Assembly: GCF_018977255.1 (NCBI RefSeq)
Contig: NW_024704742.1
Span: forward strand, 48,796,001-48,860,000
DNA length: 64,000 nucleotides
Reading direction: 5' to 3'
DNA from: Callorhinchus milii
Lineage: Eukaryota
Below are positions 50,084-62,875 of the stretch, one piece after another. Made by a program: the position numbers and the translations under genes. The number at the start of each line of letters is the position of its first letter. The first letter of the stretch is position 1. A model generated the notes under the pieces. The model was not told where the DNA came from and ran no database searches. It worked only from the letters and a program-made list of their open reading frames with translations.

Positions 50084-50861
50084 GTGAGAGGCTGGGAGTT
50101 TGGTGACTTGTAGCACTTACCTTTATTCTGATCATTTAGACCGTGCAATAAGGATAATGTTTGCATTGTTTCTTAATTATTGCTGGAATAAATAAGCTCT
50201 CATCATGTGGCAGCACAACGCTCCAGGTAAGTGATAATTACAAATTACAAATTTGTAATTGTAATTACAAATTACAGTGTCTCCTTTCAATTTGTTGAGC
50301 TGAGTGTTTTTTTTTGTAAATTGGCTAGGATATTTTTGTTGAATATTTATTTTCCAGCATTGACCTGCTGAGGATACCATCTGGTATCTCCCATTTTTGT
50401 TGATCTGCACTTCTTTCCTTATCTTCCATTTTCTTTTTTTTCCCTTATTTTTATTGATTTTCGTTTTTTGCGACTCTGGCCAGGAGAGTTTCAATCGGGT
50501 GATTAACTAATCTGTCACTATCTATTCTTACTGAATTACATCTTCTATGTTATAATGATTTTATGCTTCCTGCTTTGTGTAAGCTGTGCATAAAAACAAT
50601 CAGTGGAAGTAATTGTTAAAAAAATGCATCCTTATAACTTGAAAAAACATCCCCACTTGACTATAATTTAGACTTGAAAAGACTATTTGTTCATATATCA
50701 ACAAAAAACTGCATATTTACAAAAAAACTCTCTTAAATGTATGATGATTCATAAACAAGACAAAGTACAAAGTTCAGTTAGCAGCCTGGTGTGCCACTGT
50801 GCTAACATTTTAGCCAGAAAAAGAACAATGTTGTTTTAATCTTTCAACTGTTAACTATTAG

Positions 50862-51118
50862 CAGATGGTGGAAGCAGAGAATTGGCAGCCAAAGGAAGAG
50901 TGCCAAAGACTGGCAGAGGAAGAGAGGAACAGACAAGCAGCGCAAGAGAAAGGGGGCCAGGCAGGAGAACAGCAAAGGTTGACATCAGAGCAAGTGGAAA
51001 AACTGAGCTCTAAGAAAGATGAAAATGTACAAAAGGATCATTGGGATGACACCGCAAAGAACAAGTCAGAGAATTCAAACTGGCAGGAGGTCAATCAGCT
51101 GACAAATGAAGAGCAAAG
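50862..51118 (+). CDS. LIMCH1: LIMCH1 coding exon, phase 0 to 2 (TAGCAG tandem acceptor, start 50862 or 50865)
   Basis: ttag|cag|ATG GTG…CAA AG|gtagga. Open frame MVEAENWQPKEECQRLAEEERNRQ…EEQ. Confidence 0.8.
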
Positions 51119-51454
51119 GTAGGAAATTAGTAAAGTAACCATTACAATTACTTTCCAGCCTGTAAATCTAATATGATCGTTGATCCTTGCTTCTGTTACC
51201 ATTGATATCAGTTTTTAATAAATTAATAATAATAATCCTTGCATTTGAAACAGCGCTTTATCACATTATTCCTTATTATCATGTTATTCCTTATTTAATT
51301 TATTATTCCTTATTAACGCCTTATCAGGTTAATGTTATTCCTGTAGATTATTAAAGTTATTGCCAGACTCAAGGAGTATTTAGACCCATCCAGACCACCG
51401 CTTCCAAAAAAGATTTGTTTACTGATATTAAAACTAACAATACTTTATTTTGCA

Positions 51455-51710
51455 ACAAGACAGTAGAAGGAGAGGACACGAATCTAGAGTTCCAAAGGGC
51501 AATTCAGGACAGACAGGAGCCAGGAATGTTCATTACCCAAAGGGTAATTAACATCTGGAACAAATTTCCAGGAAGGGTGGTTGAAGCCAAGACACTGGAC
51601 TCATTAAAAAATAGCTTGATGCTGTGATGGGAGACAGGAGGTTGTGTATTCAGGAATGATAAAATCAGACTGGACGAAGGGCATTCTTAATCCAAACCAA
51701 TCTTGTAAAG
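51455..51710 (+). mobile_element. CR1 3' fragment
   Basis: FITQRVINIWNKFPGRVVEAKTLDSLKNSL; similar to 7441-7680. Confidence 0.75.
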
Positions 51711-51749
51711 ATTGTTGTAAATTTGATTTGTTTAGATGGAGTGATAAAA

Positions 51750-52060
51750 ATAATAATCCTTACATTTGGTATGGTGCCTTTCACATCGGGAGGATGTCCT
51801 AAAGCCCTTCATACGATATACTATAAAGTGTAGTGACTGTTTTGTGGGAGCATGCGGCAACCAATTTGCACACAGCAATGTCTCACAAACAGCCATGAAC
51901 AATTTTATTTAGGGATTGTTAGCCAGGAAACTCTAGTCTCTTTTTGAATAATGCCATGGGATCTTTAATATCCACCTGAAGAAGTAGACAAGGCCTCCGT
52001 GTAACATCTCAACTGAAGAACAGAGCAACTGTAGCATTCTATATTGTGTTCTCCAGCATT
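51750..52060 (-). mobile_element. Deu-type SINE (minus strand)
   Basis: taataatccttacatttg… tail, gcaaccaatttgcacacagcaatgtctcacaaacagcc, gccatgggatcttt…catctca. Confidence 0.7.
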
Positions 52061-52991
52061 TTCCACACTAGAGATCTTAACCTTCAGCCTATAATTTCCA
52101 AGCTCATGCCTAACTCTGTTAACATTTGGATTCCCCAAATTAGATGCAGTTCCAATGTTTAGAGATCCTAAAAACATTAGTCAAAGCCTCAATGAGCAGA
52201 TCTGTAAATTAACTAGGGTTGACTTGGGAAACAGATACAACATTTTTGAAATATCACCCATCATTTTTCCCTTACAGTTTAAGGCTTAAACAACTTATTT
52301 GCTCTTAAAAAAAATTTCTTCCATTAACAGACAAAACATTTCTTTGTATTCGGATTGCCAACATGCATACAGTATGTTGAACGTTAGCTAAGTTCCACAT
52401 AGTATATCTTGAATCAAATATGACCATATTTATTACCAATTACCATATTATCAATATTACCACCTTATTTCAAAATTATTTTACTGTTTTACATTTAAAA
52501 TTTGAAAGTGTTTTATAATCCAAGAGCGTCTGGATATAGAATTGTTCAGTGCTGAAGATTGAGGCCCGAATACATTGATAACATATCTTCCTCACAACAT
52601 ATTGACTAAAATGCCATTCCTGCATGTAGTCAATAAAAATATTAAAAGAAATGGGCACATTTCAGTGGTCTTTCCTTGTCTTAAAATTTGCCAGGGTTTT
52701 AGTAGAAGCTATAAACAGCTTGGGAATACTAAAGCATATTGAAAGGCTTCTACGCAAGGAACAGTAGAGTGAGCCCTCTCCTGGGCAAACATGCTTAGAA
52801 CAACACAACTACCTATTGAAGCCTCAGCAGTGCTAGCACAGTACATATCTGAATAATGGTCCTTGCATTTTATACAGCACCTTATCACATTGTTGGAATG
52901 TCTTCATGTGATTATACTGTACGGTGTAGAGACTGTATATTTGTAGGTTAATGTACCCTCAGAAACAGTATATGCAAATGGCAGAGATAAT

Positions 52992-53300
52992 TACAATAAT
53001 AAACTTTGCATTTGATATAGAGCCTTTCACATCAGAAGCATGTCTCAAAGTGGTTCATGAGATTTATTGTAAATAGTGTATTTGTAGACTGTATTTGTAG
53101 GTGAACACAGCAGCTATTTTGCACACAGCAATGTCTCACAAACAGCCATGAAGTAAATGAGTGATTTTGTCTGGATGATTGCTGGCCCTGATACCGGGAG
53201 AAACTCCCTTCACTTTTCAAATAGTGTCATCGGGTCTTCCACATCCACCTAAACAGGCTGAAGAGCCTCCTCCATCCGAACTTCTCTAGTGATACTCAGT
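52992..53300 (-). mobile_element. Deu-type SINE (minus strand)
   Basis: Same motifs as 51750-52060. Confidence 0.7.
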
Positions 53301-53533
53301 CCTGTGCCTTTAGCAATGTTTCCCTTAACCTGCCACTCTCAAGTCAGCTGAGATTCCGATCTCTCTGTATGAGATATGTCAGTGATAAAGATTTGAGCTG
53401 GCACTCCACAACCTGGTGTGTTGCACTGAAGCATTGTCGGGACACCAGTCAAGTAAAAGGCATTGTGAAGGATTGACCAGTGTTGGAAATGCAAAGCTAT
53501 TTTCAATGATTGTTTTGAATTCTCTCCCATCAG

Positions 53534-53652
53534 GTTAAATTTGCAGACTGTGGCCCACACCAATCAAATGGAGACAGAAGTTGTTAGTGAAAGACTGAAA
53601 CACGCAGACTGGCAAACATCCACCACAGTCCACCAGCAACCCACAGCTCAGG
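53534..53652 (+). CDS. LIMCH1: LIMCH1 coding exon, phase 2 to 1
   Basis: cccatcag|G TTA…CAG G|gtaagc. Translates LNLQTVAHTNQMETEVVSERLKHADWQTSTTVHQQPTAQ; phases bridge both neighbours. Confidence 0.8.
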
Positions 53653-54257
53653 GTAAGCCTATCTGTGCGCAAGGCAAAACGTGAAAGAAAGAAATATTCA
53701 ATTGCTACTAAAGGTAGACACCATTGCATTTGGGTATAAATTGTGGAAGAAAGTATTATTACATTGATGTCCAGTTTTCTATCCTCTTTTTTACAAGAAA
53801 AGAAAGTGGCATTGAGTAGGAAAACCAACCAATACATAAAATGACATGGATAAGGGCAAGCAGCATCCAACTGGCTAGAGGGCAGGGGCATGTCTGGCAT
53901 GTCTCACAAAAGAAAAATAAAGAAGCTGTACTAAGATGTGCTGTACCTGATAAGTTTCACACTGAATGGTGGTAGATGTTTGTTAAGTAGATGCTTGTTA
54001 AGTAAACATACAAGTAAACATACATGTGAAGTATACTTACCTATATTGTGTGAGTGTATGTAAGGTATTTTCTATTAAAAGTAGTGCATGTGGCTAAAAT
54101 AGTATTGCCGTGTGCCCTCATGGCTAGTCAGCGATTTCTATTGATCAACACTGATGTAAACTGCACCATTCTGGAAACCTTTATGTGTGGCTCTGTAGTA
54201 GTTTGGTAAGTGCACTTGCGTTACCATTACTTGAAATACACTCTGTAACCATTTCAG

Positions 54258-54420
54258 CCGCAGGCTCCCCGGTAAATTCAGACAGAATTTGGAACACACA
54301 AGAGCTTCCACCATCGCTTGAGCTTCAGAGAATGAAATCACACGGAGTCCAGGATGAACAGAAGACCATGTCTCTGGACAGAAGCTGGACTCATCAGTCT
54401 AATACAGGCAACACAAAGCG
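54258..54420 (+). CDS. LIMCH1: LIMCH1 coding exon, phase 1 to 2
   Basis: atttcag|CC GCA…AAG CG|gtcagt. Translates AAGSPVNSDRIW…EQKTMSLDRSWTHQSNTGNTK. Confidence 0.8.
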
Positions 54421-55002
54421 GTCAGTAGTTATACTGTAATTGAGCCAGACTAGTTCAAAATCTTGAATGAAAAACTGTTCGGAGTGATTATTCCTAAAAT
54501 GCAGCTTATACTTGGAACTACACAAGTCACATATTAGTCTGTCAGAGAATCAGATCATGCCAAATTTGGGGCTTGTATCTCACGTCTTGGATTTCCATGT
54601 TTTTTTTTAAATAGATTTAACACATGTCCTTTAACGTTACATGTCCCAGATCATCGTAATGATCAATGTAATGATGTTAAATACTAGAATCTGCAGCAGC
54701 GATACTTTAAACAAATAGATGTGTAACATTAAATACGAGATTAACTGTTTCTAAGGTATTCACATCAACCGTAGAGTTAGTGAATACCATGCTCATCATA
54801 TATCTTCACCACTGGTGCATAAGGAGTTCAAAGTGCCTAGTAAATCACATGAAAACCATCTAGACCTACACAACCCAAGATAATTAGAAATGCTTCATTT
54901 CATCAGCAATCAGTTGGGATGATAGGCTAGTATCCTAATGAGCCAACATTTGATCCATTATCTGTGAATAATGTTTGAATAATGTTTTTGATTGTCTGCT
55001 GC

Positions 55003-55632
55003 ATCACTGCTGTCCTGACTGATTGCCTGTCAGACATCAAGTCCTGGATGAGCTCCAACTTTCTCTAGTTGAATGTTGGCAAGACGGAGGCTCTTCTGCT
55101 TGGCTCCTGTCAGCACCTTCCCACTATAGGCACTGACAGCATCAAACTAATTGGAACCACATCCAGCTCCCTGTGTGAAACCTCTGTGCCTTATTGGACT
55201 CTCACCTACCCTTTAAATCCCACATTTGTGCTCTGACCTGCTCAGCTTTTGCACTAGGCTCCATGAGCCTATCATCCCTATCCTTGCCTGGCTCCATTGG
55301 CTCCCCATCTCCCAGTGGATTGAGTTCAAGTTCCTCACCTTAATTTTTGAAGCCGTCCATGATCTTGCACAACCTTACCTTTGTGACCTCCTCGAAACCT
55401 ACACACCCAGTCGCTCCTTCCATTCACCAGCTACTGGCCTGCTTCATGTCCATCCGCCCGCCTCACCCACCCCACCATTGGCAGTCAGGCTCTCAGTTTA
55501 TCTGGCGCACACTCTTGAACTCCACCCCGGAGTTTCTTTGACTCATCCTTTCCCTTGCCTCCTTCAAGGTCAGCCTCAAGATCTTTCTCTTTGACGTGAA
55601 AGGCGCTATACAAATGTAATCTTGTTGTTGTT
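55003..55632 (+). mobile_element. L2 LINE 3' fragment
   Basis: Similar to 39900-40830 (gacatcaagtcctggatgag; PIIPILAWLHWLPISQWIEFKFLTL); tail gacgtgaaaggcgctatacaaatgtaatcttgttgttg. Confidence 0.85.
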
Positions 55633-56992
55633 TGACTGCACTTTCAGACATCTGTCCCTCCTTTGCCCCACTCCCAGTTTTTGGTTGGAAACCTTAGACT
55701 TCCCAGTACCTTGGGACATTCCCCCCGATATGCAAGGCACTATATAAATATTAATTTGTATTTATATGTATATGTAAGTGCTATACTTTACCAGGAGTTG
55801 TGGGGATGTATTTTAAAACAAACATACCTCCTCCTTTATTAGGCTGTTTGATGTACTGCAAGTTTTGATTCCTTCAAGACTTACCTCTTTCAATCGACTT
55901 TTTACTCCCCACAGTCTTCAGCTCCCCCCCCCACCCCCAGCTTGAGCACCCAACAGCAGTGTGAAGCACTTTCAAACTTTCACCCAACTTGAAACACACT
56001 ATATAAATTGTACTGATACAATTCACATTCATCATGGCATTCTCCTTTCAATCTTATACAATCCCCAAAGGCTTCAAGCCCTTTCACCTCTCTCTGATCT
56101 TTTCGTACCCATTCTTCTGCTTGTCATCCTCCCATCCCCATAACCCCCCACCCCCCAACCATGGGAACCTCAGGCTTGCTGTACGGGCGACCCTTCTATG
56201 CACTTAACAACTGTAACTCCCCCCACCCACCCACCCCCACTCTACCCTTCAGTCTCACCCACTCTCTATCTGTCTTTAAGTCAAGTCTTAAAACCTACCC
56301 TTTCAACCAAGCCTATGGCTACCTGCCCTCCCCCCTCTCCCTTGCTCAGCGTCTTTGTAGATCTAAGATATTACTCTGTATGAAGGGCAATGTATAAAGT
56401 TATTGTTGTTAAAAGGAGGTCTGGGCATTTGTCTACTCATTAAATGTGCTGGACAGAGAATTTGATAACATTGAAGAACATCTCTAGAAACTTAATAGGT
56501 TCGCAAATTCCTTCAAATTTTCAATCAACTGAATTTCACCTTAATTTATTTAAAAACAGCCTGATGCTGTGATGGTATTCTGGGGGGATGAGATCAGATG
56601 GGCTGAAGGGCCTTCTTCATCCCAAACAATCTTGTGAATAACTGAACCTTTGTCTCATCAGCCTATGTTTCAAATATTGCATCCTGTTTATTTTTCTTGT
56701 TGGGATCAAGCCTCAACGCATTTTCTCCTACTCTTAACTCATTTGTTCCCAGGATCTCAAAACCATGAAGCTCTGCTCCCTCGGGTTTTCCTCCCTCTAC
56801 AGTCTACAGGCTTTTAAAAAGAACCTTGATGGCACCTAACCACTTCTTCTTGATCCATCTCATCTTCTTTCCTACCCTTTTTAAACATGATGGTATCCAT
56901 AGTGCTTCACCTTGGTTTCTGAATAAAATTAAATTGAAGTGCACTGGGAAAGTATCACCATCAATATTTGCTGAATCTTGTTTTTTTACTAG

Positions 56993-57079
56993 GTCTGGAT
57001 CTCATGAAAATTTACAGTCAGGTCAATCTGTGCCACTTCCACACTCAACCTCTTCTCTGCAGCTCCAGTCACCTAGCAG
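56993..57079 (+). CDS. LIMCH1: LIMCH1 87-nt exon, phase 2-2
   Basis: ttttactag|G TCT…AGC AG|gtgggc. Translates SGSHENLQSGQSVPLPHSTSSLQLQSPS, directly before the LIM domain. Confidence 0.85.
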
Positions 57080-59277
57080 GTGGGCATCATAGAATGGATC
57101 ACTGAAGCATCTAAACAGTCTTTGCAATGTTGCAGTCTCTCCACACCCTGGTTCTTCAGTCAAAATGTTTCCCCAGCACAGAAATATTGATAAAATATAT
57201 TAGATCACATTAGACACTTGAGACGTAAGTGTATTAAGGCATCTGGAGAAAAGGTAGGAAAATGGGATTAAAGATCTACCCTGACCTAATAAAGTGGTGA
57301 ACAGGCTAAATGGTCGCCACCTGTTCGTATGTTCGTAAACAAAAAGTGGCAACCTGTTAAAGCAATATCGGAAATGCTAGATTCTTAAATGAGATGTACA
57401 CCAACATCTCAATATTCTGAATTGGATTAAGAGCTATAATAGGCATAGATTTACCTACAGGGATATCATAACTACAAAATAGCACAACCAATATACAGCA
57501 GACACTGAAATGCTTATGGAGTGCAATATCCACAAACTAAAGGTCTGTGAGACCTTTGAACATTAAGTACAGGGTGACTCTGTAATAATCAATATTTTGG
57601 GACCACAAACTTAAGTGCCCAAATATGGTCATTAGGTTCTTGAGATTCACTTGCTGCATGTTACACGCTCACATGCTGTGCACAGGCAGTTTTGCTGAAG
57701 TCACTTCTGAGTCACTGCTGATGAGTTTCTGAGTGTGTGAGACATTTGACTGACTGCATGGAGAACTTGCTGTAGTTTTGTTTTGGATACGTTTAAGAAT
57801 GGTGATGAGTTTCCAAGTGTGTGAGACGTCTGACTGTCTGAAAATAAAGATATAAGATCAGCACAATGCTATTACTAAATAAACTTAAAAGACAGGGTAC
57901 ATAACAATATTTTTGTGACCCATTTAATTTTGATATTTTGCTCAATTTTGTAAAATTCCAACTCATCTTTAATAAAGAGAATGGTAAAAACACAATCACA
58001 AGAGTGTTACACTGAAATAACGTGGCACAAACTGGGAGTTGGGCTCACTGCACGAAGATCTGTGATTCTACTGCATTTCCAAGTAATTGAACAAGGAGGT
58101 TCAGTTCATTCAAGATATTGGTGTTTTGTACAGTTTTCACAGATGTAGTAGGTAATAACCTCTGTTCAGTTTGATGCAGAGCTGTACCTCTGGATATGAA
58201 CTGAGGAAGTGAGAATAGGTTTGATACTTAGCTGACCCAGCGATTTCCTTCTCATAAGAAATATGCAATATAAAACCGAGTCTTTTTCTCATGAGGTTTG
58301 TGTCAAGCCTAAACATTAGAAAGCCTCTTCAAAACTAAGCTGCCACAGTAGATTTATGCATTTCAAGCTTCTGATTTAAAAATCCTTTATTTTTACAATT
58401 TGCAAATCAGATGAAATTGACTAGATTAAAAACATGGCCACATACAAAGACATGTGAAGGTACACTGTGGGAGGTGTGATTATATGAGCTGAATGTATCT
58501 GAAGGGTATACAAATACAGTGGAATATTTAATATTGTATTTTGAAACTCAAACTGAATATCATTCTTTAATAAGAAAACTTGTCATACTACAGTAATACT
58601 TCTAACTCTTGGAACGTAGGAGATAAAGCCAGTTCATGTCACGCGGTGGCTTTGGTATGTTATCCCCTGAGTACCAGGAAAATTACTGGTTTGCATAATA
58701 TGATATGAAAGAACAGGAATAATTCTCACAGTTTATAACAGAATCTCATAATACTGATGCTTATTGCAGTGGGAGTTGTAACTTTTTTACAAAATGATTT
58801 TGCAGTTGCTTTCATTCACAAACGTATTATAGAAGTACAATAAAAAATATGCAGTGAATTAAATCTTGAATAATATACAGTAATTTGAGGTTAATTTAAC
58901 AAGTTATTACAGTATTAAAGTTAAGCAGCAAACAGTATAACTTGGCAAACCAAGTTAGTGCGTCAAAGTGAGAGATAATCTGAAGTCTTTCATATCATTA
59001 AATAATGTGTGCCCTGAGAGCAAATTATTATAGCTATATTGAATGTTTCAATGTATTTTATTCTGTAATGGATGAGAGAGCTACAATTCATACCTAAATT
59101 TGTTTGAGATTCCTGTTCTGACATCTCCATGTTGGAAGTTTTATTATTATAACCATCTGTAAATGATGAATTCATTCCAGGAGAGGCTTTGCTGGTTTCA
59201 CTCCTTGTGTTATACCTGGTACAATTGTCCACTCCACAATGAACAGGTTTAAATCCTTGTACCCTGCTCTTCTACAG

Positions 59278-59386
59278 GTCGGTCAGTGGTAAAAAGCTAT
59301 GTTCAACTTGTAGACTTCCCCTTGGGAAAGGAGCAGCCATGATCATCGAAACACTTAGTCTTTATTTCCACATTCAGTGTTTCAAG
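59278..59386 (+). CDS. LIMCH1: LIMCH1 LIM domain exon 1, phase 2 to 0
   Basis: ctacag|G TCG…TTC AAG|gtgagt. Translates [36 protein letters not shown] (CxxC…HxxC zinc ligands). Confidence 0.97.
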
Positions 59387-59790
59387 GTGAGTCTATCTAC
59401 AAGCCTTGGTTCATGGTGTTAATGTGTTAATGTTACCACTGATGTGTAATGCAATGATGATTGGAAACAAGTGTAAATGGGGGTGAGGGCAATACAGTAA
59501 ACTCCAGCTTTTGGTGTCCGGAATTTGTACCTAACCAGAATGGGACTGAAACGGAAACATTAAAAAAAATTGCCAGGGACTTGCACGTGTATAAACTCCC
59601 ACCTGCCCACTCTCTTTACAGTACATTCTGTGAAGTGCTTTGAGACATCTCAACAATGTGATAAAGTGCTATATAAAATCCAAGGATTGCATTATTAGGA
59701 TTATATTATATATTTTAGTTAACCATCTGATTATGGCAGTGCTTGTGAAGTACTTAAGATAACTAAAGAGTTGTGTTTATCATATTGCAG

Positions 59791-59893
59791 TGTGGAATCT
59801 GTCAAGGACAACTTGGAGACGCAACCACTGGGACAGATGTACGGATCCGCAATGGTCTTCTGAACTGTCATGAGTGTTACATCAGGTCCCGAA
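59791..59893 (+). CDS. LIMCH1: LIMCH1 LIM domain exon 2, phase 0 to 1
   Basis: ttgcag|TGT…CGA A|gtgagt. Translates [34 protein letters not shown]. Confidence 0.97.
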
Positions 59894-60171
59894 GTGAGTG
59901 ATACTGAAGTATTTTCCAAAGTATTTTAAAAACCTTTAAAATTCTTTAAAATTTGAAGCTTATAATCAAAATGCTAAAACTAGGTTAACCTGAAGTTATA
60001 CTTAATCCTGTTTGCCAGTAATGTAACAAGTTTCAGTTATTCTTGCAAGGCTTACATGCCAACTTTATCATTGCTTTCTGAAAATTCAAATGAATTATAT
60101 TGACTGGTTAGCCCTCATCCGCTAATTGTTACTTTCGTGGATTTTTTAAAAATAAGGCAGAAGGTGCGAGT

Positions 60172-60200
60172 AATTAAATAAATAAATAAATAAATAATAA
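60172..60200 (+). repeat. (AAAT)n microsatellite
   Basis: aattaaataaataaataaataaataataa. Confidence 0.8.
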
Positions 60201-60438
60201 AAGTGTAGTTACTGCCATTTAATATCCACAAGCTGGGACAAGTTGGAGTCACAATTTCAAAACTGCAATCCTCGCATTCTGAGGAAGCAATTGGGTTAAT
60301 CATGTTGATTGATGTCAAATAACTGAAGTTATAGAATGGAAATTATTTAACGTTGCGTATCATTGTAAGTTGTAATAAAGGAGCGAAATAATTAAATATA
60401 CTTTAACATTGGCGACTAAAATGACCTTTGTTTTTTAG

Positions 60439-60464
60439 TTGCTGGACAACCCACTACTTTATGA
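60439..60464 (+). CDS. LIMCH1: LIMCH1 last coding exon with stop codon
   Basis: ttttttag|TT GCT GGA CAA CCC ACT ACT TTA TGA = (I)AGQPTTL*, the LIMCH1 C-terminus. Confidence 0.95.
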
Positions 60465-62875
60465 CCCTAATGCGTATTAACAACAGTCACTGGAAACCGG
60501 AAGGGACACAAGTGGACCGGATGCTCAGTGCTGCCCTTCGTGTTGACTGCTTAACTGACAATCGTGAATAGGAACTATCACTCACTGGCTTTTTCATTAA
60601 GAGAAACACTCAGCATTTTCACCACTTGTTATAACCTGTGTTACTTTGACAGCCTATACCTTGGATCATTTTCATGTTTAGTGAAACCCCCATTCTTTTG
60701 TGCGCATAGAAACAAAAATAGCATACTTTGATATATATTTGCTGTTGAAAAAGCTTTTAACTGGATTCAACAAGTATTTAATTAATATTGTGTGATATGT
60801 AATTTATTTTATTGCCGTTCTCCAATTATGAGAAAAGTAAGACGTAAAGGTGCAACGATTATGCGAATAAGTGAATAAAATACATTTGTCCTTTAGAGTT
60901 AGAAATAACCTCCTTTACCTGGATCTAACCTGAGCCATCTGTGTGACATTGAGAGAATGCAGCAATCATTCAAATTTGATAGATTTACAATTGTTCCAAT
61001 ATTGTAGAGTACTTAGTACCACAGGTATATTTCTTCATAATGTAAGAATATCATCTCAAGGTCTGGCATGCAGAAAACAAAAAGGATAATGAGGCAATAA
61101 CTATGCTGTTCTTTCATAGTAGCTAATAACAAAATGCAACTACAGAATTTATAAATGTATCATAAATCACACGATTAAATAAAAATGAAAAGGAAAGCTT
61201 AAATCTTTTGTCTTCTAGGGAGAACTTGTATGTCAGTCTGAGGTTTATTGCACCCCGCTCGCTGTGTTAGAAGGAATATAGTGAATAATCCAAGCCTGTG
61301 CTCAAATATTTATTTGTCGCTGTTAGAGACATCGGATCTCAGATTTTCAGTATTGGATATCTTTCACCTATTGTTTAGCTAATTACTCCGAATTCTTGTT
61401 TATTTTCATTGCAAAAAGAAAACATTTAGTGGAATATATACTTCAAGATAGAGATTGGTGGGTTTGTAGTAAAATTATACTAGGGTACCACTTACATTCA
61501 GGCAACAGAAAGAGGAAGGAATTGACTTTCTCCCAGCCCATAATTAGGTTTTCCTGGAAATTATGGAGCCTGACTGTGTTGTAACCCAGCCAGTTCCCCA
61601 TGTTTTTTTCCTATTTGTTTGTTGTTTCCTTATATTTTTCTCTGTATGCCTGTAAGTAGAGATCAACCAAGAAAAGTATTGGAACAATGAAATTCCAACA
61701 CCATTTTAAACAGGAAAAAAATCAGGAGGTGAAGATGCCATGGTTCATAACAGATTCAGTGTTATGGAGTTTGGGATTTTTCACCCCAAGATTGAGTTGA
61801 ACAGTGTCCCCAAATGCTTCATTAGCTCTTGTTATTTGAGTGGTAAATGTAACAGATTTGAAAACATGAGAAGTCTACCTTGGAACTGATCAGAACACAA
61901 TGAACATTGATTTAGCATTTTTGCATTTCCCCTTTATATTGCTAAGCCCTTATTTCCAATACACAGGAATTCCTAAAGATATGGCAATTACCCCAAAACA
62001 AAAATAAAATTATTTTGGCGATTGTTGCACCTTTATTATTATAAAACGTTCTGCCTAACAGAGTATCAGAATCATGTTTTTTTTAATTATTAAAAAAAAC
62101 TCAGCCTTTCTAAGCAGGGAATAATTGGATTGCGTTCAGCTAGTATAAATTATTTCAGGAGCTGCCACATCACTGCTGGAGTAATCGGTATGACTAGCGA
62201 GGACTTTAGCAAATGACTGTGGAACTGAAGACTCATTACTTGAAGTGGATGGACCAGCTGGAAATTGTGCTTTTTATTGTTTATGTATTTTTAGTTCTAA
62301 AATATCATTATATGCACCGCAGACTTTTAAAATGTCACTCTCTTTGATTTGTGATTAAAGTCGCCAAAGCAATCAAACAATTATACAGTAACTAGACCGA
62401 GACATACCATAATTCCTTGCTTAGCAAATAGATGGGTCTGAACCCGATACTTGGAAATGATTCTGTGGAGAACTGCGAGCACCTGATAAGCCAGCTGCAT
62501 TGTATCTATCTGCCTCAGTCAGCCGCAATACAATAACACTTTGGTTCACTTAGATCCTAGACTTTAATGTGGGATAAATATTAAAAATGTGGCCCACCAA
62601 AATTGAACGACAGTGTTAAAGAGCAAGCAAATAAGCAGCCCTCTCTTTTCCTTGGTTGAGCAAAAAATATTTTTTAAATATTAAAAAAGGTTGGCATTTA
62701 TTTATTGAAATAGATAAAGCCACGTTTTGCATGCTAATTGAGGCCTCGAACAGAGGAATCATAAGATAACTGTTTGCTGTATTTTTTTTTATTTGTAACC
62801 ATTGCCTGATCGGTTTGTTGGAATGTTATATGTTAGGTTCTTTCACATTAAAACCGTGCCTTAGAAAATGCAGGC
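60465..62875 (+). other. LIMCH1: LIMCH1 3' UTR (end uncertain)
   Basis: AT-rich and free of recognisable repeats. Candidate polyA signals: AATAAA at 60874, 61178 and 62003; ATTAAA at 62847. Confidence 0.5.

Noticed and set aside
2155..60464. LMO7 as the gene identity
   Set aside because: No PDZ-domain exons were found, and the [21 protein letters not shown] and GQPTTL* sequences match LIMCH1.
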